A stretch of DNA of 64,000 nt from Octopus sinensis (Eukaryota): contig NC_042998.1 of NCBI RefSeq assembly GCF_006345805.1, positions 3,038,001 through 3,102,000 of the forward strand. Direction: 5' to 3'. Below, piece by piece: positions 12,215 to 24,949 of this stretch; within the stretch, counting starts at the first letter, position 1; each line of letters opens with the position of its first letter. The notes beneath the pieces were generated by a model. The model saw nothing but the letters and a program-made list of their open reading frames with translations, made no database searches and was not told the DNA's origin. The translations under genes were made by a program, and so were the position numbers.

Positions 12215-12450
12215 ACATATATATATATAGTTAATCCAAACATGAACAAAGAGAAAACACAACAACGCAAGGACATGGAATAAGTATAGTGTTATTAAAC
12301 ACTCAGGAAAGGAAAGAAAGAAGGAGGATTTCACATTTCGAGCAGAGCTCTTCGTCAGAAATATAGAAAAAATGAAAAGTCCAAAGAAGGGAAGACAGAG
12401 AAAGAAAATCGCTAACAATGCACACGCGGTCACATATTGAAAATATACAT
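12215..12450 (-). mobile_element. Penelope-like terminal fragment with degenerate hammerhead (12328-12362)
   Basis: CTGACGA-A-GAGC(tct)GCTC-GAAA motif; similar overall to 43065-43275. Confidence 0.6.
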
Positions 12451-13462
12451 ACATATATATATATATATATTCTTGGAACTTACAGACACTTAACCTTAAG
12501 AAGCAAGGCCATTGTTCTTTAAATGACTACTTATATCTGATCTTTTAGACAAGCTGGTTCTTTGTAACCAAATACCATCATCAGATAGAGCAAAAACCAA
12601 TCAATCTAATATCAAGGACTGGATCTGTCAGTCTGTCACATGTGCACACACACACATGCACACACACACACACACACACACACACAGTCGATTTCATTGA
12701 CCTCGGTATTCAATCTGCCTACCTAGCATTCTGTCGGTCAACACAGTCATCTCTATGTATGTGCTGCAGGTAATTTACTAGTAAAATAAAATTAACAAAA
12801 CATCCTAAGAAAATTATACTCCTACAACCGAACAACAGATGGCAATACAAGTGGAACCGTTTAGGATGGAGCATTGTCAAAAAGAAACAATTTCTTTGAT
12901 CGCCAACTATAAAGAGATAAAATTCAGATAGTACTATGTATTTTACCACCTTTAAGATCAAATTAGATAACACTATGTAATAAATTTTTTTATTTTTTTC
13001 TGTTTTTGGTAAGTGTTCTGTTCTATTTGCTTTTATCTAAAAATCAAAGGAAATGACTATTATTCCCTTCAAACTTTGCTTTTGTGACCTGGACATCAAT
13101 ATTTTGAAACTGACCTATTTTCCATCATATATTAGACAGATTCAGTGTTGAGTTGCAGAAGCAGAAATTTTGTTATAGCAAACATTCTGCTCAATAACCA
13201 CAGATTTGCTTGTCAGTTGCTTGACCTTAAGCACTTGAGCATGTGCCTTCGTGGCTGATAATGTGTACATCTCTGATCATGAGCAGGAGTAGTGGGAGAG
13301 CATCATAACCATGTGTTGAGAGGGATTCTTTGGGGTTTGAGTAAATATTGTAACAAAAGCAAAGTTTGACGGAAGTATTAGCTATTTTTCATACATTCCA
13401 GGGGTAAACAAATAGGAATTAACAGTCACAACCCAAGGACAAAAATCGTGTTACATAATGTA

Positions 13463-13642
13463 GGCACGTAAAAAGCACCCACTACACTCACGGAGTGGTT
13501 GGCGTTAGGAAGGGCATCCAGCCGTAGAAACACTGCCAGATTTGACTGGGCCTGATGAAGCCTTCTGGCTTCACAGACCCCAGTAGAACCGTCCAACCCA
13601 TGCTAGCATGGAAAACGGACGCTAAACGACGATGATGATGAT
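13463..13642 (+). mobile_element. Family A retroposon, near consensus
   Basis: ggcacgtaaaaagcacccactacac...ccaacccatgctagcatggaaaacggacgctaaacgacgatgatgat. Confidence 0.92.
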
Positions 13643-13690
13643 ATGTAAGTTATTCCTTTATCTGGTGAATTATTTTCACTTATTTTCTAT

Positions 13691-13855
13691 AGGTTCAGAC
13701 ATGACTGTGTGATAAGAAGTTTGCTTCTCAACCACAAGGTTTCAGGTTCAGTCACACTGCATAGCACCTTAGGCAAATGTCTTCTACTACAACCCCAGGC
13801 TGACCAAAGCCTTGTCAGTGAATTTGGTAGATGAAAACTGAATAAAGCTTGTCAC

Positions 13856-13891
<36 letters not shown>

Positions 13892-14117
13892 GTGTGTGTG
13901 TGTGTTTGCTTGTTTCTGTCCTTCCCACCATTACTTGACAACTGGTGTTGACTTGTTTACATACCCATAACTTAGTGGTACAGCAAAAGGGACTAATAGA
14001 ATCAGTGTCAGGGTTCATAAAAAAAACAAAAGTACTGGAGTTGATTTATTCGACTAAGCCCTTCCAGGTAGTGTCCCAGCCGGATTGCAGTCCAATGACT
14101 AAAACAAGATAAAAGAT
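13691..14117 (+). mobile_element. Family B SINE
   Basis: Head atgactgtgtgataag...caggttcagtcac, (TG)n middle, family tail. Confidence 0.85.
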
Positions 14118-14318
14118 AACAGTGAACTGGCAGAATCACTACAACACCAGACAAGATGCTTGGTAGCATTTTTTCTTGCTCTTTACATTCTGGGTTCAAA
14201 TACAGCCACAGTCAGCTTTGCCATTCATCCTTTCAGGGATTGATAAAATTAGTGCCAGTGGAGCATTGGGGTCATCTCTCCTCGAAAGGTCCTGTGCCAA
14301 AATGTGAAAGAATTACTT
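14118..14318 (+). mobile_element. Family C SINE, tail C2, diverged
   Basis: gaactggcagaatc...gggttcaaat...ctttgccattcatccttt...gtgccaaaatgtgaaag. Confidence 0.7.
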
Positions 14319-14513
14319 TCCAAGAATATATCAATGTGGCAAATGATTGCTGGATTGTACATGATACGCCTTATTTATGTGTGGATGTATGTTGTACTTT
14401 ATGAGTATGAAACTTGAATTAGCTCACCAATGACTTTTGTATTTATTAAATAGTATATTGTGTTGCCTGCATGCATGCAAACATACATACATAAACATAC
14501 ACACACATGATGA

Positions 14514-14852
14514 TGAGACCCCCTTCAGTCATGAATGACAATGGGATTGCACCTAGAAAGTTACCCTCTCAGGCACAAGTCAGGGCAAGGTCGTTTATGG
14601 AAGACCAGCAGCCACCCATGCATAACAGCCTCTCCTCTCCACACCACTGATGCTATCCAAGGGAAAGGCAAAAGGGGCCGATACAGCTTGGCACCAGTAA
14701 TGTCGCAACTCGTTTCTACAGCTGAGTGAAATGGGGTGATGTGAAATAAAGTGTCTTGCTCAAGAACACAATATACAGCCCGGTCCGGGAATCAAACTCA
14801 CAACCTCACGATCGTAAGCTCTACGCTCTAACCATTAAGCCATGCACCTTCA
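14514..14852 (-). mobile_element. Family D SINE, tail D3
   Basis: High similarity to 32035-32352 and 35905-36246; head gggaatcaaactcacaacctcacgatcgtaag...ctctaacc. Confidence 0.9.
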
Positions 14853-15729
14853 CACACATACACACACACAATGTTATCAATATATTGATAATTATAGAAG
14901 AATTGTGGTTTCAAGATCAGGTTTCAGGATTAGACAAAATGCCTTGTGATGCTCGGTTACATTTCCAAGTTAGAATGCTGCTTCCCAGTCTGATGAAAAA
15001 GGTACCAGCCTTTACCCAGTTGATATCATTGACTGATCCCTCCATCAAATTTGGGGTGTTATGCAGGAGTCAGAAATCAATATTATTTTGGTTGTCATTT
15101 CTTCAATTCACTGCAGTACTTTAGTTTAGAAACAGCTACATACACTATTAGTTAGTTAGTTAGTTAATTTTTTGGCTCAAAAAGCAAAAAGCAAGGCCAT
15201 GTAGGGGGACATGGAGTTATGTACAGGGTGGTGTTCATGTAAAGTCTAGTAATATTACATTAGAGTCTAGTAATATTATTTTTTTTCTATGTAATTGAAA
15301 ACTGATAAATGATATACGTGTTAATATGGATATAAATTACATAAGGCACATGGGAGAAAACAAAAACGACATTAAAAATGTATCCTTGTGCATCCCTTAT
15401 CAGTTTCTTACAATTTTAATAAATCCTCATTATATTTTTTCTCCTTTTTCATTTTAATATTTGCTTTTCTATGACATAATACATTAAATAGTTATTTGAT
15501 TACTTCAGATATCTGAAGCACCAAACAGGGCTGTCTTCTTCACATGCTTAACGAGTGATAACTATTCTAGGTTGCTGGCTAATATGTTTGAAATAACCTG
15601 TGTTAATTAAGTACAGGCAACAATTGATATAGCAAGATTTAAAATTAAGATGTAGTAACAGTATACATAACAACAGCAGCATCTCAGATGTGAGAATAAT
15701 GTTCAAGTGAAGCCTACACTAGGGGGTTG

Positions 15730-16095
15730 ATTCTTCCAGCATCTCGGATGCTGCTGCTATGCACACAGACATCATGGACCACATTCAGGGTTACTTAACT
15801 GATTGGGATTAAGCTTCACAGACATGCTCCAGTCTCTGGTCAACAGGTATGTTGCCATCCCTCACTCCCTTTCATAAAGTTACATTAATGACCTCTGTTC
15901 TTGGAGCCAGCTAGTCTTGGACTTTCTCCACTCAGATACTCCCGAACCACTTGTCACTCCTCCAACCCCATACTAACTATTATACCCAGTCCTTTGTCCC
16001 ACAAACATCATCCCACTGGAATCTCCTTCCTGCTCAGGTCTTCCTTGCAAGTGTTCATATGAATAGTTTAAATGGAACAGCATCAATCACTGGAT
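15730..16095 (+). mobile_element. Decayed LINE 3' end, same type as 9700-10270
   Basis: Peptide HTNYYTQSFVPQTSSHWNLLPAQVF aligns with the C-terminus of the 9700-10270 remnant. Confidence 0.65.
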
Positions 16096-16449
16096 TTAGA
16101 AGGCCTACCAAGGTCACAATCACTGATGCTTAGTCCAAAACCAGCAAAATAAAATAGAACTAAGCAATCCAATTATCTAACTATCAACTAGTGTGTCGCC
16201 TTATGAGTAGGCATTAATTCTAAAACATCTTAGAAACCATTTCATACAAACCCAAAACATTTTACAAAATTAAGATACAATAACATGCCACTTAGATATT
16301 AAAACTTTTCTTTGACTGGGGACAGGTGAATGAAAACATAACTTGCAGCAATAAATATTAGGGAGACGGTAATTGATGAGATCAGATACCTGACATATTT
16401 TGGGGAAGGATCCACACCATAATCTGTTTTCACAGTTCAGGGTAGATAA

Positions 16450-17230
16450 TTGTATAGAAGCAAAAAGTTGAAGAATTTAATGAGGATATGGGGCCATATC
16501 AAGGAAAAATACTGCTTGAAAGTAATAGGAGAGTTGCCTTGGTGGGCTGAAGAGAAGGGGGAAGTTTTCAGAATGGTAGCAACTTACACTATATGGTGAC
16601 CTAAGTGAGTTTGAGAAGGTTTAAGTTCAGGAGGGGTCTTGTTCCATGAGAAAATCATGTTTTTTCTTTTCTGAAGGTTCTGTTCCAAGCACTGCATCGA
16701 TGGCAAACAACTACCAGTTGATCATGATAAGGGATTTTCTCTAATTGCTGGAAGCAACATCTTTGACTTACATGGCTGTATGTTACAAGTGAATGAATCA
16801 CAAGTGAAGAATATCTCCTCTGCTATAGAATTGGCAGAATTCTCACCAGTCACCTCACTTGACATAACAGAGTGATTGAGGAATAAGGCTGATGTAGAAT
16901 AGATTGACATGATTCAGGCTATCTAGATAAGCCATGGGCCAAATAATCCTGTTGGAGCAGGGATGGAACGTGTGTATAAATTGGATTTCAAAAGAGGGCA
17001 GGAGTATTTGTGGAATTGAAATGTGTGAGTCAGAAATATAAGAAAACAAGGAAACCAGGTAGTTCAGATGGTTCAAGATGATAAACATGACAGCCTTTGT
17101 GGTAGCAGAGTCAATAGAGAAGGAATGAGAAGGCCAAGACAAATTGTATTCAGTGAAATCACTTGGATGACAGGATGAGTACACAGAGTGGTAGATGTCA
17201 ACAGATTAAGTTAGAGGAAGAAGAAGAAAA
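16450..17230 (-). mobile_element. Possible highly decayed LINE fragment
   Basis: Purine-skewed unique sequence with weak endonuclease-like peptides on the minus strand; no clean motif. Confidence 0.25.
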
Positions 17231-17729
17231 CAAACTTTCAACCAGAATAACTGGTAGCCTTTATTGAAAAATTCCAGGTGAGAAAGATGTGTTGTAGGAA
17301 GAATAGATACAATGCAGCTGCAAGCATCACTTTTTAAAAAGTTGAACAATTTACTCAAAAATGGAGTAATGACTTGACCATATGATAATCAAATAGTTTT
17401 TATGAGACACACATTTTGTTTATATTTGGAAGTGAATATGGTCACAGTGTAAAATGTAAATATGTGAAAACTAAATAAAAAAAACAACTATTTTTTAAAC
17501 ATTTTTACACTAATTAGAACAGGTGGTGTCATTTGCTTATTTAAATATTTATATATATGAATTGTCAAAGAATATGTGTCAAAATGTAGTAGCTATTTAT
17601 CTTATTATCAATTTGACCTTTAAAGTCTTTAAAACTAAATCAAACCTAATTTTAAGGAAAACAATTATTTGCACAGAATTCTGGAATAAAAATTCATTAT
17701 CAAGCACTGAAACAAAAAAATAAAAATAG

Positions 17730-17943
17730 CCCTTTAGCATTTAAACAGACCATCTCTGATCCAAATATTCTACCTGTTTTATATTCAAACTGGCCAGATT
17801 CAGCCACTTACACTTATTTTACCATATCATTCTAAAAATAAACAATCACATCATCAAAATCTCAAGACTATGAGATAATACATGATTAATTCAAAGCAAT
17901 GTGAATAAATAAACATTACATTTGACAGAGTAATCAGAATGCA
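17730..17943. mobile_element. piggyBac-type MITE family P1, one end eroded
   Basis: ccctttagcatttaaac start; body matches 18018-18659, 43642-43861, 51649-51856. Confidence 0.75.
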
Positions 17944-18017
17944 CTGTTTCAGTGGCCTCAAATTCTGAGTCATCACAGATTTTAGACTGTATTGGAAACA
18001 CACAACTTTCTTATTAA

Positions 18018-18659
18018 CCCTTTAGCAATTAAACTGGCTATATCTGGCCCAAATATTCTACCTATTTTATGTTCAAACTAGCCAGAACCAGATGCTCTCA
18101 CCTACCCTACAATATCATTCTAAAGTTAAACAATCACTTGGCAGACACCCATTATTATTAACCATCTTACTAACAATAACTCTGAGCACCTTTTCAAACT
18201 CCACCTGTCTAACACCCGTGGACATGTTTACAAAGTCAGAAAACAGCACAGCTCCCATGACTTTAGGAAACATTTTTTCATGCTGAGAGATGCTGAAGCA
18301 TGGAACAAACTGCCAGCATCAGTTGTTAGTTGTCGGAGCACTGCATCCTTCAAAACTTCCATGCTTCCTGAGGTTCGCCAACACTACACCTGATCTTTCT
18401 CCCCTCCATACACACGCAAGCACGTATCTGACTCATACACTGTTCACTTTCCAGACATTTGTACATTACTGCATATACTTTATACGCACTTTTGACAAGT
18501 TGTGGTGCACCTGAGCAATGCATACAATAATTTCATTATTATATTATTTTTTTATTATTATCATTGAAATCTTGAAGCAATGAGATCATGCTCAATTAAT
18601 TTATAATGATGTGAATAAATAAGCCTTACATTTGACAGAGTAATCTGAACACTAAAGGG
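18018..18659. mobile_element. piggyBac-type MITE P1 interrupted by a CR1 fragment
   Basis: TTAA-ccctttagca...actaaaggg-TTAA; consensus aaacaatcac|atcattgaaatc split by the insert. Confidence 0.8.
18138..18559 (+). mobile_element. CR1-clade LINE, 5'-truncated 3' end with 3' UTR and (ATT)n tail
   Basis: Peptide HLFKLHLSNTRGHVYKVRKQHSSHDFRKHFFMLRDAEAWNKLPASVVSCRSTASFK has the CR1 C-terminal TRGH...FF..R....WN.LP..VV...FK pattern. Confidence 0.85.
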
Positions 18660-18911
18660 TTAATTTAAGTTTCCCAAACAACAAATCCTTTTTGTAGATC
18701 ATTAATCAAGCTGACAAACTCTGATCAGACGAGAATATACCAACAGCTTGAAGAAATAATATATACTGTTCTGCTTCCTTTAAAATATGGATAGCATTTT
18801 AATAGAAGATGTTTATTGTAAAGGCACATTGAGTATAGATGATATGTAATCCCTTGTCATTTCATCAGAACAAAGCAATTACACCTATTTATTTTTGATA
18901 TTCAGGATCAT

Positions 18912-19125
18912 GCAAGACTGGGGGGTAAGAAGTTTGTTCCCCAACCACATGTTTTTGGGTTCGATCCCACTCCATGGAACCCTGGACAAGTACCTTCTAA
19001 TATAGCTTCAAGCTGTCCAAAGCCCTTATAAATGAATATGGATGGCAGTAAACTGAAACAAAACCAAAATTTGACAACCAGTGTTGGTTTGTTTACAATC
19101 CTGTAATTTAATGGTTCAACTTTAG
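18912..19125 (+). mobile_element. Family B SINE, degraded
   Basis: Perfect B box GGGTTCGATCCC followed by a diverged family body. Confidence 0.65.
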
Positions 19126-19145
19126 TAGTTAAATAAATATAATAC

Positions 19146-19316
19146 ATAAATCTATCTATTTATCTATACTTATATACACATGTACATATATATATACACA
19201 TGCATATAGACATACATATACATACACAAATACACACACACACACACATATATATACATATATACACATACATATATACATACACAAATACACACACACA
19301 CACACATATAATATAT

Positions 19317-19404
<88 letters not shown>

Positions 19405-19706
19405 TATATACATATATATATATATATACACACAGATATATATATACATATATACATATATACACATACATATATACACATACACACATACATATATACA
19501 CATACACACATACATATATACACATACACACATACATATATACTCATACACACATACATATATACATGTATACACAAATATACATATACATGCATACACA
19601 TATATACATATACATGCATACACATATATATATATACTTATACATGCATATACATATATACACATACATGTATATACACATACATATATCTACACATATA
19701 TATACA

Positions 19707-19750
<44 letters not shown>

Positions 19751-20013
19751 CATATACACATATAGATATATACATGCATATACACATGTACATATTCATA
19801 CACAGATATATAAGAACATCCATACATACATACATACATACATTATATGTACATACATACATTATATATACATACACATGCATTATATATGCACACACAT
19901 TATATATGCATACACTTACATTATATATGCATACACATACATTTTATATACATACACATACATTTTATATACATACACATACATTTTATATACATACACA
20001 TACATACATACAT

Positions 20014-20045
<32 letters not shown>

Positions 20046-20410
20046 CATATATTATGCATATACATACATTATACAATTATACATACATACATACATTCTA
20101 TATATATAGATATACATACATACAATCTATATATATATACACACACATACATTCATTATATATATACATTTATTATATTATATATACATACATTATATAT
20201 ATATATACATTATATATATACATACATTATACATATATATATATATATATATGCACACATACATCACATATATATACATATGTACATTACATGTGTATAC
20301 ATACATATATACGTTATATATATACACATACACAAACATACATACATAATCTATATATATATAGAGAGAGAGAGAAATACACATATACACACACACATTC
20401 CTGCATACAT
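19146..20410. repeat. About 1.26-kb compound (TA)/(CA)/(TACA) microsatellite
   Basis: Almost continuous purine-pyrimidine alternation; source of many spurious ORFs. Confidence 0.97.
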
Positions 20411-22914
20411 ACATTGACACAAAGTACGTATATATTTACTTATTATGCTAGGTAGATCAAACTAAGAAATAATGTTAAAATTTAGAAATTTGGCCATTTA
20501 GGAATTAGTTTCTAATTTAGAAGATTACAGTACCATAGCAAACACAGACAAATTACAATAATACTAAATAAGTATAACAACCGGTCTTGATAACAAAGCT
20601 TTCTTATGTCATTAGACATAATATAAATCATTGAAAATAAAACAGTTATTGATAGCATTGATATTATTTCTTAGCCAATAATATGATGGGTAATTCACGT
20701 TCCAGCTATATTTGTACCCAACTTATGAAAATTATTAAACTGCAGTTTTTAATGCAGATTTGAGAAAATGTGTGACCCTCTCAGTATTTACAACATCCGA
20801 CAGCAGCATTTGCACTGAAATATATAATGAAATATTTGGGGGACTGTTACACCCAACATATTTGAATTGTTTCCTGTACACCTTCCTGTGGGTGGAATTC
20901 ATTTAAAGCTGTCTTTGATATTAGACAGTATTCTCATGTGAAAATTATATAAAAAAGAAGAAAACAAAGACTATAGAGTTAGTTTATGACTGTGATTATT
21001 TTAATTAACAATTAACATAACAACTATAATAAATTGAATATAAACAAACATAAAACAAAGGAAAATAATTATTGATATACCTGCTCTTCCTCAGCAATGG
21101 TTCTAGATCACTATGAAGTCAGGAACAAATCTAAGACTCATATACCATACATCGTCACATTCTTTAAACACTCATTTCTATCATCAAAAGCAAAAGTTTG
21201 TTTAAGCTCCCTAGTTGCTCAACCAGTTTTCACACAACCTAAAATTAGCTTTCTAATTCCTAATTAAAAAGAAATCATAGTTATTCACTAACGACAAAAA
21301 GTAGTAATAGTAATAATGCTAGCAAAATACTATTTTAAATAACTGTAGTTTTTTTATAAAAATAAATGCAAGAGAATGAATGAAATATTTAATTTTTAAT
21401 AAGAATATTTCCAATCTCAAATTATATACATTTCATCAAAGCTACATGTTATAACTAATCTTTGTTTTATAAGCTGAAAAATATAGGCTCTCATAAAAAA
21501 AATATCAACAGGTGAACTGGACTGGTGAGAAGTAAAAAGGGAAAAGCGTTTCTTTTGAATAGATTCCCTGATTCAGAACAAGCAGAGATGTTATCACTAC
21601 TGTGAGGGATTTCTTATGAAAAGAAACAGCAAACAAATAGAAGGTAGAAATATTTGAGTGAGGAAATGAGTGTAGTGAAGTGTTCTGTGAAGTTTTAAGG
21701 TGTTAAGAAAATAAAATAAAGAATAGAAGAAATCACATACTCAAGTTCTGAACAAACTTACAAATAACACCCAGAATCTCCAGTGAACCACTCGTCAAAC
21801 AGCTTGGTAGTTCAGGTAATATCCACCCAAAAGTAAATATCACCCAAGATTGAAATATATATATTGTCCAAAAAAGAGATAATGTAGAAGAAAGATATAA
21901 ATACGAAAAGAAAGATAAAAACTTCTCTTTTTTTCTTTCTTTCACTTGTTAGGAGAGAGAAGACAGCTTTGAAACAAACGAACTAACCTAGTTGACGAAA
22001 AGAAAATGAAGCAATTGATATTATGTCTGGACAGATACCCTAAATAGCTGTGTGATTGTTTGAAGAGATGCAAATGAAGACAATACCAGGTTGGAAAGAG
22101 TGGATCATCTGTTACAAGGGAGAAGAAGAAGAAGAAGAGGTAATGATGGGAGAAATGTAAAATAAGCAGGTAAGTGGATAAGAATACCTACAGCCTCTCT
22201 CTCTTAAATAAATAACAAACAACTAAAAGACAAAATTCACACAGGAAAGACTAACCTAGAAAAATGAAATGCTTAAAATACAATTATTTAATGATAGGTT
22301 CCAACAGGATGCTAAATTCATAATAAACCATCTGCTTTCTTTGCAGCATTTAATGAGGACAGCGCCACCGTAATTAAAGTAGTCAAAAGACCCAATACCT
22401 CAATAACAACAGTTTTTCTCACTCTACCATAAAGAAAACAAGTGTACTTAATTAAAAACGAATGGTTTGTTCTCTGTAAATGAGGAAGGGACCCAAGTAG
22501 AGCTGTGTCCATACTGCATTACTTTTTTGTTTTGTTTTTTGTAGTGTTTATATAAGGTTGAGACTTCCTTACTCTGGCAGAATGTCATTTTAGTTCATTT
22601 GAATAGACCCAGTCAGCTTTAATTAAATGTACTGCTGATTGGTACCTAACAAAATTAATTTTGATAACTTGTTATCAAATTTACATCAGTCTGAAGCTTA
22701 TTAGTTGTAATAATCATATTATACAGAGCAGCATTACCCCGAGCTACACAGAGTTTAACAAAGCCAATAGATCTTGAAATAGTAAATAGTTCAACTGTCA
22801 GATCTTTCAAAACAATTTTGTAGTTTTAATCCAAACATTCTTCTAAATATATTCTAAACATAAAATACTCACACGCACATACACTCATGCTGCACATGCA
22901 ATATGCATATATTG

Positions 22915-23150
22915 CATCATCATTATTATCATCAGTTTTTTTTTGTTTTGTTTTTTCTTTAACATCCATTCTTCCATGTTTGTATTGTTCAGAGTTTATT
23001 GAGGTAGATTTTCCAACTGCCAACCCCCACCTGTTTCCAAGCAAGGTAATATTTCTCATGGCCAGAACATGTTTTCCACGGAAGAGTGGAAATGAACAAA
23101 ACCACCTGTATGATGGTGACATTTGTTTACAACCATCACTTAATGTCCAG
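22915..23150 (-). mobile_element. Diverged family A-related retroposon subtype
   Basis: catcattattatcatc...tttaacatccattcttccatg...gaggtagattttc...gccaacccccacctgtttccaagcaaggtaatattt; relatives at about 7400-7565, 7685-7800, 11630-11820, 28585-28705, 53325-53450, 57825-57975. Confidence 0.65.
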
Positions 23151-23265
23151 ACAAAGGTTCATATAACCACATGAACACACACATAATTGTATGTACACAA
23201 ATATATATATACATATATATCCCCGAGAACAGGCTGCTGATTTTTTTCTGTAGAATTTTACTTGA

Positions 23266-23430
23266 AGACACACATGGAAGGGCAGGGGGAATCTAAGCGA
23301 ATTTGGCGGTGCTAACATTGAATATGAGTGGCTTAACGCCGTTATGTGGAAAGATTCGTTCAAATGTTCTAGTACCTTCAAATTATCACAGAAAATCCAT
23401 GCTGATGAAGAATATGGTTAGTAAAGTATA
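23266..23430 (+). other. Ambiguous: decayed Tc1/Tc3-like transposase N-terminus or coding exon
   Basis: Across frames MGRA..NLSEF...NIE, GKIRSNV..NY and EEYG resemble a Tc3-type HTH region; one frame is open for 50 codons up to donor ATG|GTTAGT. Confidence 0.3.
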
Positions 23431-23669
23431 TTTTTTTATATTCTTTATGAAAAAACCTAATTCAGAAACGCGCGTCCATGGACGATCAGATATTGATTGA
23501 TTTTCGTTACTTTACTCTCTGCCTGTGTGATTAACCTTCAAGTATTATGGTTTCTCTGGAAGACCCTTTTTAAAGTAGAAGAAATGGCTAAGATTTTTGG
23601 CTGCTATTTCTGAACTTCGGTGTGTGGTGAGGCAATTCTTTGCTGAACCCTTTTTATTAGTATACATAC

Positions 23670-23714
<45 letters not shown>

Positions 23715-23744
23715 TATGCAGATGCATATACCAATAAGCACACA

Positions 23745-23908
23745 CTTATATGAAGAGCTTCTTTCAGTTTCCATATGCAAAATCCACACACAAGGTTTTG
23801 GCCAGCCAGGTGTTATAGTAGAAAGCACTTGCCCAAGGTTCCACACACTGGGACTGAACCCAAAAACAACATGGCTGGGAAACAAACACCTTAAGTGCAC
23901 AGCTATGC

Positions 23909-23915
<7 letters not shown>
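23745..23915 (-). mobile_element. Family B SINE 5' half
   Basis: gagcttctttcagtttcc...cacttgcccaagg...gggactgaaccc. Confidence 0.8.
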
Positions 23916-23985
<70 letters not shown>

Positions 23986-24214
23986 GGGGGAGGGAGGAGT
24001 ACAGATGGATTCAGTTGTGTAATTAACAAGTTTAATTTTCAATCAATTAGTTCTGGGTTCGATCCTGCTGCAAGGCAACCTTTAGCAAACACTTTCTCAC
24101 ACAGCAAAGCACTGGACACTATATATGCATATGTGTGTGTGTGTGTGTGTATATGTTGACATGGAAGACATGAGACAAAAATATCAAGTGGTAAAATCTC
24201 ACAAAAGCTATCTC

Positions 24215-24394
24215 ATCTTTTATTTATTTCGGTCATTTGACTGCAGCCATACTGGGACACCACCTTGAAGGGTTTTAGTCAAGTAAATCAACCCCAGGAC
24301 TTATTTATTTAAAGACTGATACTTGTCCTATCAGTTTCTTTTGCCAAGCTGTTATGGGTACATAAACACACCAAGTGGTGGTGGTGGAGGACAA

Positions 24395-24425
<31 letters not shown>

Positions 24426-24602
24426 GATATATACATATGTTTATATGGTGAGACACTTGCCCAAGGTGCCATGCAGTGGGACTAAACCCAGGACCATTTG
24501 GTTGGGAAGTAAGCTTCTTACCACACACCTGCATCTGCTACATAGTGGGACTGAACTGAGGACCTTGTGGTTGGGAAGCAAGCTTCTAACCACACAGCCA
24601 TG
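24215..24602 (-). mobile_element. Family B SINE with duplicated tRNA-like head
   Basis: Family tail and body; head segment present twice (24475-24530, 24544-24600). Confidence 0.8.
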
Positions 24603-24689
24603 CTGGTACCTTTGCATTTCTTCCTTCCAAGGTGGAAAAATATACTGAAGCTGATATGATTAACTAAAACTCATAATAACATTGACCTA

Positions 24690-24890
24690 GCAAAAGCGGC
24701 AAAATGTTTGACGGCATTTCATATGTTCTGAGTTCAAATTCTGCCAAGGTCAACTTTGCTATACATCATTGCTTCCAGGGTCAATAAAATAAATAGCAGT
24801 TGAACACTGGTGGTGAGCGGTTGATGTAACTGACATACCTACTCCCCCGAAACTACTGGTCTTGTGCCAAAATTTGAAATCAATATTGCC
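24690..24890 (+). mobile_element. Family C SINE, tail C2
   Basis: ttctgagttcaaattctgccaaggtcaactttgc...gtgccaaaatttgaaatc; other C2 copies at about 28040-28212, 32380-32547, 38533-38731, 39088-39225, 36490-36655 (minus), 50690-50935. Confidence 0.75.
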
Positions 24891-24949
24891 CCAGCCTGTA
24901 GTCCAATAATTAAAACTAATACTAATATTAGAAAAAAAAAGGGACCTCA

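Noticed and set aside
14756-15124. 122-aa ORF
   Set aside because: Spans a D3 SINE head, (CA)n and a degraded C2-like SINE
19156-20455. Long ORFs up to 283 aa rich in Y/I/H/T/C/V/M
   Set aside because: Translations of a stop-poor microsatellite
22020-22175. Exon candidate with two strong donors and a poly-Glu run
   Set aside because: Looks like a decayed LINE end with a (GAA)n tail; weak acceptor
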